The position numbers and the translations under genes were made by a program. From Octopus sinensis (Eukaryota), in NCBI RefSeq assembly GCF_006345805.1, contig NC_042997.1:95232001-95296000 (forward strand): a stretch of 64,000 nt of DNA, given 5' to 3'. Within the stretch, counting starts at the first letter, position 1; every line of letters begins with the position of its first letter. The notes beneath the pieces were generated by a model. It was not told the DNA's origin. It was given only the letters and a program-made list of their open reading frames with translations, and did not search any database. Shown one piece after another: positions 11,576 through 26,760 of this stretch.

Positions 11576-13344
11576 CTTGTTTGAGTGTGTTAGAGCATGT
11601 TTCAAGTTCGGTCTGGAAAATGAAATTACGTATGGAATAACCTGCTTTTTCGCCGCAATTGGTTCTGCTCCTTGCTTCCTGCCAAGACGCAAAAGATTTG
11701 TTATAAATTCCAAGATGTTCTTCGCCTAATATCTCCAATAAATTCCGGATAAACGACCCATAGGTCTCTGCAAATAATAACTCTTTACTCGAATATGTTA
11801 TGATACCTAAAGAATAACTGTAATATGAACATCATTAAATTTATCTTCCTGCTGGTAATATTAATTTAGCCATGACCTGGGCCAATTCTACTTTTCTAAG
11901 TATTCTAATTACTGTAAAGTAAGGGGTTAAGCTGACAGAGTTGGACACACATTTCTGCTTTATTTTACATCGGCATATACGTTTATATGTTCTAGTATAT
12001 ATCCGTGTGTAGAGATACAAATAGTTTCTAAAAATAGTAAATATTCATTTATGTATTATTGTCTGTAAGCGTCGGTATTTCTGAGTGTGCTTTCGGCAAC
12101 CTATATACGCACATAACATCAGTTATTGAACATCTGGAAACCCATCCATTCTTTTCAAGTACACTAAAAATAATACATTATTTTCATCTCCGTTTCTATC
12201 TTCCCTTATCCACTATTTCTTTCAAACGGAATTGATATTATTTCTCTTCCTTCCAAGACATCGTTTACTGTTCATCCTAACTAAATATAGATATAGAACC
12301 TTTAGCTAGTTCTTTGTTGTTAAGTAGTCTCTGAAATTCCTGATTAATACGGCTATGGTTTAAATCTCTAAAATCCTATATTGGATTTTATAATCTTACT
12401 AAATGGTTTGATAAAGAAATGATAATCTTTAATTTGCAAATGTTACATTTAATAGGCTCATCGGAATCCACACAAATGCGTGCATACACTCACGAGTACA
12501 TGCACAAAATAACTATTCCAACAAATAAGCACACTAATATATGCTTGCATTCTACATTAAATACTGCCCCACTGTACTCCTTACACACATACTTACACAT
12601 TTTCACCAAAAATCAGCAACGCAATCGATTACGGAAAAGTATGTATTAGCCATTTTGCGCCATCTCATCCAAACACGCATAACCCAAACGCACATCACTA
12701 ATAACCTATGCATTTCCTTCATGTTTATCATTCCTATAAATCTCAGGGCGTATCAGTCTGAATATTCTTAGGCTGAAATTAAATCAATGATTATTATACG
12801 TTTTGCGATTACACACGCCCGCGCGCATCCACACATTCACTCACGAACTCACTCGAGTACACACAAAGAAGCGATTATAAAGCTACACATATATAACTCT
12901 ATTGTAAAATCTCTCTTCTTTTAATTGTCCTAGTGCAAATATGTTATGTTTTTTAAAGGAGTTGAAATGTAATACCCACCGAGTCGGAAATGAGAAGCCA
13001 TTTTGAGTGCCATTATATATATCCTATAATAAGCCATTGCGCATCAAAACTATAAGATATATAAAAAAAATATCTTGGTGTAATTAAGTAAAGATCAGTT
13101 CTCTAAGAGATACATAACTTGGCACTCATTCAAATTTGATACGCTCAGCCAAAGGTCGTGTATTATTACAATTATTAGCAAATTTATACAAGCAGATGAT
13201 TACTCGCCTATATATCTATACATATACACACTCACAGTGTAGTGGATACTCTGCCTAAACAAAATTGAGCCAAGTGTGAGCCAACTGCCGATAAAAATTT
13301 ACTTCATATTCGTTAGACATATGTGTATCAATATTTCTGTGTCC

Positions 13345-13380
13345 CTTTCTGTTGAAGAGCGTAGGCTCGAAACGTAAAAG
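13345..13380 (+). ncRNA. Minimal type I hammerhead-like motif, A6U variant
   Basis: cttt-CTGTTGA-a-gagc-gtag-gctc-GAAAC-GTA-aaag; stems I and II perfect, core A6 replaced by U. Confidence 0.55.
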
Positions 13381-16305
13381 ACTTTCTGACTTCCCGAGCG
13401 TTAAACTAATACATCTGATTGGTGTTTACACACCCGCCTTAGTCTTTTGTTTTGTTTTGTTTTTTTGTAAATTCCAAGAATATATATGTATATGTGTGTG
13501 TGTGTGTGTGTATAACATATTTGTGTGTCTAAGTGTATCCGCGTGTGCTTCTATGTTTGTGGGTGCATATTTATAAACTCGGACGTGCACGAGCCTTTTG
13601 GCATAAGATGATTAAGGAACTACGTAATCTATGGTGAACGCAGTTTCTTGAAAAATCCAGGAGAGGCTACCACTAACATTTCCGTACATGTTGCCCCACT
13701 CTCTGATCACTATATGAATTTATTTATTTCGCAATCCGTAACATGTATCCTATAGGAATCAGAGCCGCTGACACTTAATTGAACAAAAAGTTGCCGAACG
13801 TCACCTCACCGCCGCCACAAAGTAATTTATGCCTTATGTGTGAATTTTTGGGGTGTGTAGTTGCACGTTGCTGCACTTTATGAAATATAATTACTAATAC
13901 ACTTCAATTGGTAATCCGGTTCCAAGTACTGACCATATAGCTAGAACACTCCACATCCCCTTTCGAAAACTAACTGTCTAGAAATGGACACATCCACTGC
14001 AACAATGTGCTTAGTTGTTAAATTTTCTAATGAACTACGGATATCTACATGTTTTGATATTGCATTGTATACCACATACACTGCATGAAACTATGGAACT
14101 CTGTTGGAAACATACATCCGCAAATCAACATTTGCATTATATAAAAGAACACTGTCACACCTAATACGTTGCACTTGAGTGCAATGAATGGACTCTGAAA
14201 ATCTGAAGACGTATGAGTTATTTCTAATTAACTGAAAATACAAATTCTATCACCAATAGACTCGTACACTGGGAAGCTGATTAGTTATTTTAAGGGTATG
14301 CTAGTAATTACTCAACGATCAATTCATCATGTCAAATCTTACAATTCCAAATTTCCCCATGTTATTAATGAGTGCTTACGTACTTTCTTGGATAATTTGT
14401 GAAATAAGGAAAATTACCCTGGAAACAAGAAGAAAACAAATCCGCGGCTATCTTAAAACAGCATCCTTGCTTTTAAAATATTATTCTTCTTCCTTCAGTA
14501 TGTTTCCTTTATTTTACTGAATATATCAGTTAAAATATTTACCTACAATGGTACGTATATAACATAAAATATTAATGGCTAATTCACTAAAACACAAATT
14601 CACGTTTTACTTCTCCATTTTCGATGAGTATATATGTAAAAAAAAATGCAATTCTCTAAGCAGAAGAATAATTTTATCAAACAAACACATGCATAGTGAA
14701 CATAATTCATTGAGATTTATTTTCAAAAAACGCCTAATTTTGAAATATCTGTATGTTTTTTCATAAAAATCGATCGATCAGCGCTGTTAAATATTGTCGC
14801 GTATGAAGCACTCTTTTAAATAAAGATAGGAGTAATAAGATGTGACGTAGTTATGGAGTTATTTTACCTAATGCTATTGTCGTTCCTGTGATTGATTATT
14901 CGATAATCTATTGTGATATCTGCATATAGTAATGTACTTTCCCATCATTATTTGATTGAAGAATTTATTTAATAATCTGCTTGTTCGTTCACCTGTTATA
15001 CATTAGTTAGTTAGAGAAGTGGATGAGGAGTAAGGGTGAGACGGAGAGAGGGGAGAGGGATGAGTGAAGAAAGAACAGTGGAAGAAGAGACAGGTGATTA
15101 ATATCAATACATTTAGGCTAACTGAGAGCTGAAGGTAGAGGCGACGAACGAGAGAAAAAGACGGCGAGAGAAAAAGCGGGAGAGAAAAGTGTTAGCGATG
15201 TGCGGTGGGATGGAGAAGGAATACTTATTAAGTGGTAAAAATTTAGCTGAAAAGAAAGGTAGAGAGACACATAGATAGAGTGTAAGAGAGAATGAGAGAG
15301 AGTGTGTGTGTGTGAGAGAGAGGCATATAGCAGTGGTGGTGCATTGATATTGAAATGTATTTATTTTATTGAACTATTTTTTTATAGTGACTATCACATA
15401 TTCATAAGTGCAATTATTTATCGTCTGCTCGCTTAAGAATATTCATATTTTTTTATAAGGGTTAACTTTGACTCTATATTCACAAAGAACACGGATGCAA
15501 GCTGATGGGGAGAGGATATATAAATACAGAGCGCAGATACACAAATACAAAGCGAGCTGATATGAAGAAAAGAGGAACAAGACAAAAGCCTGCGGATACT
15601 ATTCTTAAATAGTTCCTCTTAAATTTTCCATTCCATAGAATTTAAACGGATCCAACTTATATTATATTAATACAATAATTTCTAAATCCATGAATATGTT
15701 TTGAAATTTCGTACAAAATATCCTCGAAAGTTGCTATTGAAAACCAATCGTATGCACTCCACTCTTTCCTATATTGTATTTTTCTATGTCTAAAGTAAAT
15801 TGATATGCATTGTAAACAAAATTAATATACTAAGACGTTTGTGTACTCTCTCTCTCTTTCTCACTCACACACACGCGCGAGCGTACATCTGCCTGCACAA
15901 AGGTACATGCGCCTGCACATTCACAAGCAGACAATCGTTCATACCAATGAGAGATATAACCCCAACATATCAGCACCGAAAGTTTGGTTTCGTTTGTCTT
16001 TATATATATTGCTTAAATTATGCACCCGGATGCAAACACCTGCTTCTTTTATTTGAATATATAGAGATCCACGTTAAATATTTTAAAATCCATCATGTTT
16101 AAGATAAGTGTCGGTTGGGATTTAACTATTGCATATATATTTTTTATAAAAATTGTATTGAAATGGTTTGTCTAAGAAAGCTTGTTTCCATATGGAATGC
16201 AGGGAATAATTAGATAACTGACGAATAGGTATATGATTTCGAATTGCAAACTGGCCATTTCTTCTTGATTCTTTCATACAGGAAATACTAAAGATCTACC
16301 TGACT

Positions 16306-16490
16306 AATTCTTTTATAATGGATTTAAAATTTTGGCACATGGCCGACAATTTTGGAGAAAGTGTAAATCGATTGCATCGATCCTCGCACTCATCTGGTAC
16401 TTATTTTATTGACCCCCGAAGGATGAAAGGCAAAGTCGACCCCGATGGAATTTGAACTCAGAACTTAAAGACGTACGAAATGCCGCTAAG
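16306..16490 (-). mobile_element. SINE family B copy (5'-truncated)
   Basis: ctggtacttattttattgacccccgaaggatgaaaggcaaagtcgacccc...aatttgaactcagaac is the reverse complement of the family B body. Confidence 0.85.
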
Positions 16491-18088
16491 GATTTATATA
16501 TATATATATAACTTAATCATTATGACACTATTAGAAAATACGTTAGCAGATAATCGTTGATATTGATATAAAATGGCACAGAGCATTTACAATCTTGGCA
16601 AGATATACTTCTATATGTACAAATTAATTTCGATTTACAAGGCAGTAGACTTATTTAATCTTTTAGCATATGCTTCATTGGCAATAATCAAGGTTAAACT
16701 GACTCGCTCCAGCATAACAGCCGCAAAGAGTAAATTTAGCATCATCCCATGTCACGAAGAATATGACACACCTTCCATACTTCAAAATCTTTTGTTTAAG
16801 ATGTGCGGTGGATTGAGAAGTGAAAAACTCCGCTCGAGACCAGTGCTACTAGATATTCATTCCTAATACCATGCGTCATATGTTATTTGATGTTAAGTAT
16901 AATAGCAATTAAATAGACACCAAGTATTGACGATTACGTGTTTTCCTGAAACCAGAATGATCGAAGGCTAAGTCAAACAGAGGACGATTTTAATTGAAAA
17001 ATTAAATCGACGCAATAGCGTCTTCTGACGCGTTAAGGATTCCATCATTCACTGCACACTTTTCGATTATAATTAATGAACCAGTGAGATATTCTGCATG
17101 TGATAATAGCCGATAGATATAGCAGGCGAATCAATTTTGGATGACATCTTGCCATCTAGCAGAAAAACGGACGTTGGATTAGCTGGCCTGAAATAAACTC
17201 GTAAGACGGTGATTGGGACGTTCTCTTTATTGTAGTGGTAGTGAATTAGAACCGACAAAAAATTAAATAACATCTTATTAATTAAAAGGGATATTGTTAA
17301 GAAGTATGACGTTTATTCATAGTTTTCAAACACGTAACATGTGTAACTGTCACATATTCTTTGTTAAGTAAGTGAGAACGATATATTTTATGAAATCAAA
17401 TCAATCCCAATGATTTTCACGAACTAAATATGACATTTTGCATGAGAGGAAAAGAAAACAATATGTCATTCAACAGTAACGGCCTCAAGACTGCCACGGA
17501 ATCAGGCTCCAAAATTAAATCAGATTCCAGCAGCTTCGCATATTCGCTTAAATTGAGCCTAAGCCCTCTAGGGTGCCATGACGTCAGTCTCGCTGGGTAG
17601 GCATCCGAATACCATCAAAGTTTGGAAGGACACAACTATGACTGAGCGATAACAGTTTTCTCAAAGTAGTCGCTCTCAGCTTCCACCACAGCTGCAAGAC
17701 GGCAACAGGATGAGGTGTCTTAACAGAAAATTTCTTTTGATAACATAGTCTTCTCTGTGTGTGAACAAGAGAACGTGGAAACGTATGCAAACTGACCCAC
17801 TTCAGACATAGCTGGTATTGTTTATGTGGAGGTAAATGTTTCTATTTTAAAATGTGCTTCTTTACGTCTGTTTTTTTCCCTACTAAAGTAACCAAGACTC
17901 CATATTAAAATGTATATATGCTTCTGTGCAGCAAGCCTAATGGGTTACCTATATTGCCAGTCGCAATATACATAGTTTGGACCAGCTGCAGTTGACTTTG
18001 CTTCGATCTTAGACCTTAAACGTCCCTACATTGTAATTTATTGTCTTCTATTATCAATGAATGTATGTATATATATATATATTATATA

Positions 18089-18119
<31 letters not shown>

Positions 18120-18190
18120 GTAACAGGAAGGGAGGAAATTCGGTTAGCCCCTAAATTTCTTATATATATATATATATACTATATACTAGA

Positions 18191-18504
18191 TACTCTTTTA
18201 CTTGTTTCAGTCGACCAAATAGACCCCAGGACTTATTCTAACGGTCTCTTTTGCCAACGTAAACACACCAGCATCCGTTTTCAAGCGATGTTGGGGGGGG
18301 GGGCAAACACAGACACACATACATATATATTTACATATATTCGACGGGCTTCTTTCAGTTTCCGTCTACCAAATCCACTCACAAGGCTTTTGTCGCCCCG
18401 AGGCTATAGCAGAAGACACTTGCCCAAGGTGCCATGCAGTGGGAATGAACCCAGAGCCATGTGGTTGGTAAGCAAGCTACTTAACACACAGCCACTCCTG
18501 CGCC
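18191..18504 (-). mobile_element. SINE family A (tRNA-derived, CORE-like domain)
   Basis: Head ggcgcaggagtggctgtgtgttaag, ggcaccttgggcaagtgtcttct (CORE-like), internal microsatellite, tail ctgaaacaagtaaaagagta. Confidence 0.9.
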
Positions 18505-18505
18505 T

Positions 18506-18599
<94 letters not shown>

Positions 18600-19965
18600 T
18601 TCAGAGAGAGAATAGGAGAGAGACACTGGCAGATCGAAACAGGAGAGTGAGTTGAGGGAATGGAAGGTAAAGGAAATTTCGAAATAGCTTTCTTCAGTGA
18701 ACAGAATCATAGGTTCCTTTTCGAATATGAATAATAATATGCTTATATCAGTCCACGTTCTTCGTAAACCCCAACATCCATAATATATATTAGAGCTTGC
18801 ATATGATAGAATATAAACAACTAGAAACGACGAGGTTCAAAGATATTAAACGAAAGTAATGTTCCGAGTATTGATTCTCGAATAGATTCCAATTTGGGAA
18901 CGTTTTATTGGTAGCAGTAAGGAACATAAAGTTACAGATGCGGATGTATTCACAGAATATGCGTATTCCGATAAAAGTGGCTCTGTAAACCTTGTATTTG
19001 AAAGATGGTACGGGTGCGTAAGTATAATTGCACGCATCGTAGACGTTATATTTACAGCACATATTTCATAATCCAAATGCTAATCAATTATCTATAAATG
19101 TGTGTGTATATAAACATGCATACGTTTATACATACATGCGTATATTACACACGCATACATATACACCCAAGCAAATACACACATCTACAAGCAGATAGCT
19201 ATACATTCATGCAAACAAACACACACACAGATATATATATGTACATATAGGGAACGATGTCTTATATTATATAATCCAAGTTAACCTGAAACAGACTGCT
19301 TAGGCATGTTCACATTGCTCTTGTATGATGGTCCTTTCAAAATGGTCTGACCGAAAGCTATTAAAATTAATATATTTTCATAAGAAACGCTAAACCGCTG
19401 CTGGCAACACTCCCATAATAATATAACGTCAAGTATCCAGATTATTGTTCAACAAGATGGAAAGGTTTATTGCTGTTATTAATAGCAAATCGCAGTTCGC
19501 AAATCCACAGACGTACATTCACATACATACTTAGAAAGAATAATTTATTATGAACAACAGCATATCGATATAGGAGCCTACGTTTTTGTATAGCAACGCT
19601 ATAAATGCTTAATAAAAAACTAAATCTAGTATATATTTTGATAAATCTGATTCCAATATATTAAGTAACATATTGGTAATTGAATCGTAGGACGAGAATT
19701 ATAATATCTGGTGTGAATTTCCAGCTTGGATATAGGGCTTTTTTTTAATATACTAACTAATCAATGATATCGAACAGTTGCACAACATATGGGAATAGAG
19801 TCGCTACTACTTCATGATCAGTCGGCCTTGAAGGATGAATGTAAATATCCATACGATAGCATTTACGTAATTACTTTCATCTGAAACGGTTAAATACTCA
19901 CTCACTTTCTCTCCCTCTCCCCCTTTATACATACATACATACATACATACAATGTTGTATGCAAT

Positions 19966-19999
<34 letters not shown>

Positions 20000-20364
20000 G
20001 TATACGCACATGCACATACCAGACACACAAACACACGCACACACGTTCAACTAACTTAAATTAAATATTTAGCGCGGTTAGGTTTAAGTTTCTAATTTCG
20101 GTGTCTCTTCATGAACTTCTCTTGGGATGGTTGTTAGAAAGAGCTATGTGATTTACTGCAGGCACGAGGTTCTCCTTCGCAAACGGAATTAAAATGCTTT
20201 CCCTTTCTATAGTGTGCATAATATAATACATGCATAGAAACACACACACACACATTTATATACAAGCATACCGATAAGGATAAAATGCGTGGTTAGCAGT
20301 CACGGTTTTTTTCGGATTTAGTCACACTACCTAGCACTTTCACCATGCATTCTTTACTCTAGCT

Positions 20365-21040
<676 letters not shown>

Positions 21041-21042
21041 TA

Positions 21043-21444
21043 TTACTCTTTTACTTGTTGAGTCATTGACTGCGGCTATGCTGGAGCACCGCCTTTAATG
21101 GAGCAATTCGACCCCGGGACTTATTCTTTTGTAAGCCCAGTACTTATCCTATCGGTCTCTTTTGCCGAACCGCTAGGTAATGGGGACATAAACACACCAG
21201 CATCGGTTGTCAAGCAATGCTAGGGGGACAAAACCCGGACACACAAACACACACACGCAATATATATATATATACATATATACGACGAGCTTCTTTCAGT
21301 TTCCGTCTACCAAATCCACTCACAAGGCTTTGGTCGGCCCGAGGCTATAGTAGAAGACACTTGCCCAAGATGCCACGCAGTGGGACTGAACCCGGAACCA
21401 TGTGGTTGCTAGACAAGTTACTTACCACACAGCCACTCCTGCGC
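21043..21444 (-). mobile_element. SINE family A, near full length
   Basis: Same head, CORE-like segment and tail as the copies at 18191 and 42879. Confidence 0.95.
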
Positions 21445-22055
21445 ACTATATATATATATAGTGTTATAAAGTTTCTGTATAACACTATATAATTTTCCCG
21501 TGTGTTCTATTTTTCGACTCTGTCATTTCGACATGTCCAGTATCACTCCCTCGTGGGTGGGGACCTATACAGCTAGCTGTGGTGTATCCCTCCGCGCAGA
21601 AGCGTATCGCCAGGTGATGTAATAAATGGAATTTAATACGGCATATTGTTAGTGACCGTAGGCCTAACCCGTTGGGCAGGAATGGCGAGGAACAGATTCC
21701 GTTGCAAGTTATTGGGACAGACATGGAGTGTACCTTGCAATGGAGGCAAAAGTTTTTTTTTCATTTCGTTTCTTTCGGGATTTTATCACTAATTTTGTGG
21801 TTTTGGAACCTAGCTATTCTTTCTATCGTGATGAATCCGATGAGTGGATTCCTGTTATGTGTTTAAATATACATTGTGTTTTATGAGTAATAAGTCTTTG
21901 GACTAAATTTTTACACGCTAGGCCACAGGAATTGAAAATTTCAATTAATTTCCATTTTCCTTCGATATGAATATATATATATAAATGCATGTATAATATG
22001 TATATATGTATATACACATGTATATATACATACTGATATATATATATATATATAT

Positions 22056-22094
<39 letters not shown>

Positions 22095-22578
22095 CATATA
22101 TATGTTATATCGTGCGAAGTTTGTCATTCTAATAATGACGCTTCACAAATTGTTATATCTTCCGTCAATCAGTAAACTCGATTATCGTAAAGTACTTTCT
22201 AGTCATTCACCGCATCATATAGTGACGATTTTACCTCTGTTTTTCTCAGTGCATCCAAGATAGATATAACTGTATTCTTCCATTAATGTAGATTTTAGAA
22301 TATGTAAAATCGTATTAGCCTGTGCATATGCATCGTTTGGCTAGATTTTTTGAGTCTGTATGATTTGTGTAGGCAAATATGCACAGGTTTTCTCGCTTTA
22401 ATGTTCGCTAGAGTTGAGAGGTTTATGTAAGAATGTTTTTAGTATTCTCTCAATGGTTTTCGCATCAAAAATCTATCAAGGCAAACGCAAAACAAAATAA
22501 TATGCTGCGTACGCACACACACACACATACGCACACACACTGGCGCACATATATATATACAAATATACTATATGTATG

Positions 22579-22630
<52 letters not shown>

Positions 22631-22876
22631 CAGACAGAAGACAGAGAGAGAGACATATATATAATATGATATATATAATAGAATAAATATAATTATATTA
22701 TATAGTATACATACATATATATATATATATAATCATATACATGTATATATATATAATTATATATAATATATAATTATATTATATATATATATATATATAT
22801 AATATATATATATATATTATATATATAATATAGATATATATATATATATAATTATATACGTATACATACATACATG

Positions 22877-22915
<39 letters not shown>

Positions 22916-23256
22916 CTTCCATTTGAAGCGTTCTCATCTATTTTGATAGATTTTTGATATGAAATGAAATGGGAGAGGAGGATGTGAAGCAATATTGCAG
23001 AAGCATTCAAATATGCCATCAAGAACGTTCTCACGTATAAATACGTGATATGCATTCTCACTGAGGATGTCACCCACGTGCATGCGCGTACACAGAACAA
23101 ATGATGATATATATAAGCAGTAGCACTTTTTGGGGATTCATTACCGCATTCACACATACAATGAAACACTGCTCACGCAGAACACACTCACGCACATACG
23201 AACAACACGCGCGCACACATACATACACTATAAAAAGCATACGCGTATAGCTTATG

Positions 23257-23296
<40 letters not shown>

Positions 23297-23405
23297 TACA
23301 TATAATCAATTTTAAAATATTGCGAAAAGAAGAAAAGCGGGTGAATATATGGACAAAGTACAAGCAATGCATTAATAAGACTCTCAGAGAAGGAAAAGAG
23401 TAATG

Positions 23406-23440
23406 GTTTTATCTTTTGAGCGTAGCTCTTCTTCACAAAC
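23406..23440 (-). ncRNA. Decayed minimal hammerhead related to the 13345 motif
   Basis: Minus strand: gttt-GTGAAGA-a-gagc-tac-gctc-AAAAG-ATA-aaac; stems I and II intact, several core substitutions. Confidence 0.35.
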
Positions 23441-25609
23441 AGGAAAGGCAGGAAACACGGAGGAGAAAATCGCCAAAAGTCATGTACTTTTACATTTTTG
23501 AAATGACCGGAAGTAGAAGGAATGAAGAGAAATTGCTTTCTGGGACAGGAGGCTGTGAAAATGGTCGGTAGGTGCGTGCGTGTTTGTGTGGCAGTGTGTG
23601 TATGTACGGTAACGTATGTGTGTGTGTGACAGTAACTGCATGAGTGTGTTTGTTCGTAGTGGTAACTGTGTGTGTGTGTGTGGTAGCGTGTGTGTGTGTT
23701 GTGGTAACTGTGTGTGCGCGTGTTTTAGTAATTGTGTGTGTGTTCGTATGCTGGTGTGGGGATGTGTGTGTGGCGATATATGAAAACAATAAAAAATTTT
23801 AAAAAGCAAACAAACCACGCGCATGCGCGAAATTAAAAATATAAAATGGTGACAATTTACACATCGTACCATCTATGTATGCATGTATGTATGTATGTAT
23901 GTATGTATGTATACATGCATGTTTGTATGTATGAATGTTCGTATATATAAATATATATAATATTCAAAGGAATTCCAACTCTGTTTTTTTATGTTTTACT
24001 TATATTCTTTATAATATTAATGTAGAATATAGAATATATAGTATAAATAGTATATATAGTAAAATGAAATGAAGTATTGATTGAGTAGATGAAATATTGA
24101 ATATCTAATATTAAGGGACTAGTATACTTTCTTCCATTAAAGCAGTCTTCGAGGTCCCAGGTTGTGACAGGAATGTTTCAAAGGTACAATCATACAAATT
24201 ATATATATATATATATATAAACATATAAATATATATGCATTTACAAACACAAATCGACATATAGACGCATATGTGCACTTACACACAGGCTCACACATAT
24301 ATCCATGCATTCAAAAGAATGGTCGCTGTCATTTACAGAACATTAAGGCAGGTGTGCAGTTTTATTACAGTATTGTTCTTAGGTAAATTTTCTCCTGTAT
24401 AGACACAGAATTGTTATATGTTGGCCATTAATCCAGTATAAATTTGCATGACGAGTTAAATGTAGCATCCAAATAAGCTATAAGCTATTATGGATATTTT
24501 AAAATGAAAGCACTAAAGGGAAACTAATATCGGAAGAATCTCCTTGTCTAATGGAACCGGCGGCAGTGTATCAACCAAGACTTGTACTTTCATTATAGAT
24601 CTCAGAATGATGAACATTTTCTTGGCTTTGGATTGGATTAAACTCGGAACTCAAGAAGTTTCGACTATCCATATGTCATACATACATTTGCATTCACGTA
24701 CATATACAAACGCACAAGAATGCATGCGCATATTCATGTTTCCGTACGTTATGCATGGGTGCTTCTAACCAATGACTTCATTTTAGAGATATTTGAACCA
24801 CTTGTCTGAAATCCTCAGTTTAAATCATATTACCCATGTGTAGCATGGGTAATATGTTATATATACCAACGCTGCTAGCTATATTCGGACTATTTATTGT
24901 AGAGCATAAAACGACCTGCAGAGATATCAATTTCTAAGGCATTAACGGATGTAAAGTTGCGAGTATTGATTTCTCCAATATTTTCCAATTTCGGAGCAAT
25001 TTATTGGCATCAAGCTGGGGGAAAATGTTGCAGAAGTTGTTGTCTTTGCTTTAGAGAAGTATTAAGGTGCGTGTGATATAGACGGTAATTTTACGATAGT
25101 CTGCAAAAATATGTTGTTTTAAGCATAGGAGTGTGTAATGAATGCGTGTTATATATTTCAACTGATCACTGCAAACATGCTTGTGAGCATACGTACCCAA
25201 TGATACATGCATACACACACATGCATACGACACATACACACACATATGCCCAAACACATATAAATTATTTATTTAGATTTATATATATGGATATATAGAG
25301 GCATACTCATTTACGTATATGTACGTATTCATATATTGAATATAATGAATGTGTGTGCGTATGTGTGTGTATAATAATATATTCGTCAACTAGTGTAAAT
25401 AAATATGTGCATGCTTGTACACATTTATTTATACTCGCACAGCGAAACCTTGCACACACGCACGAACCCCCCACGCACGCACACACTCACACATATATAT
25501 ATATATATATCTATAAGTACGTATAGTTTCAACTAATACTGATGATATATAAGCGCTTAAAAAAATAATATTTAATATCAATTAGTAATATCCCCGTATA
25601 TTTACAAAA

Positions 25610-26760
25610 CTAGCAGCATAGCCCGGCGTTGCCCGGGTATGTAAGAGCCCCTAGTAGGCAACGACTAATCCCAATCTAGTCCTTTCCCTCTAGGGAACGA
25701 AGGCGCATGTGTAGGTTGCAATGTCTTCTCTTCAATCCCAAATAACTATCAAACAGCTATCGATAATTCAACCCAACCAATTCCTACCAGGAAGAATTTA
25801 CATTCGAGGCTTTACCCCCAACACCGCTACATCTGCTAATAGCTGCTGCAGCCGCAAGTTATTCGAATAATTTTTTGTTTAAACTTTCTTTATAACTACC
25901 ACCCCAAACGTTTTACCTTAAATTTTTGACGTACCTTAAGGGTTCTCGGACGCTACTTGCAAACTCTTGGTTTATTATAAACCGCTTTTGTCGTGTGCAC
26001 CAAAAAACCTTTTCTATTCGTTTGTTCAGTTTGGTCACTTTTGACTTTTTCGTCGATATCACTCACATTACTGCCCGCTTTTTTGCTGTTTTTGTACATT
26101 TATATACATTTTGGGATACTTACCGCACGTGTTCCGAGAGTTAAAAAGGTCGAGTTGCGTCCCCTAGACAGTCTGGTTTGTGTTTAATACACAAATCGGT
26201 TTGCTATGTGTGCCACATATGATTTAATTAACCGATTTTTTCCAGTAATAAAGTATCCTATTGGAATAAAAAGGGCCATATAGCTCCTTGGAGCAGACAT
26301 GATGCTCGCTGTGAATTTTTAAAAAAATTCCTGCCAATTTGTGAAAGATATGGTCGAAAATATGTCATCTTGAATTTGAACGCGATTTCCTAAAATGGCA
26401 TGATTTTATTGATTTTTACTGATGGTAAGGTATTGCATGGAAAACTAACGTCAGAATTAAGTTTCTTAGGGTAACATTAAGCTTCACCATGAGTTTGGTG
26501 AAAATCGATTGCAAATTGCGAAAACTACAACAGAAAATGTGTTGCATATAAAAAGCTTAGATTCTCGACCCATGTCGAATTTATCAATTGTTTTCAGAAC
26601 TGAGGCAACTTTTCGCTGCGTTAGTTTTGAATTATGACATTGGGCTATGTGTGTGTCAAGTTTCATCAGAATCGGTTGAAAGCCGTGGTCAGGGTGAAGG
26701 TACAACCTGACAGACACACAGACACACAGACAGACAAACTGCCGTTTATATATAGAGAGA
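25610..26760 (-). mobile_element. Non-autonomous Helitron, 1151 bp
   Basis: Minus strand begins A|TC at 26760 and ends CTAG|T at 25610, with subterminal GC hairpin cccgg-gcaacg-ccggg (25622-25637) and a (CTGT/GT)n repeat near the 5' end; all canonical Helitron hallmarks. Confidence 0.9.

Noticed and set aside
26660-26672. gtttcatcag (ctgatgaaac on the minus strand)
   Set aside because: Part of the Helitron motif aagtttcatcagaatcgg; no room for stem II.
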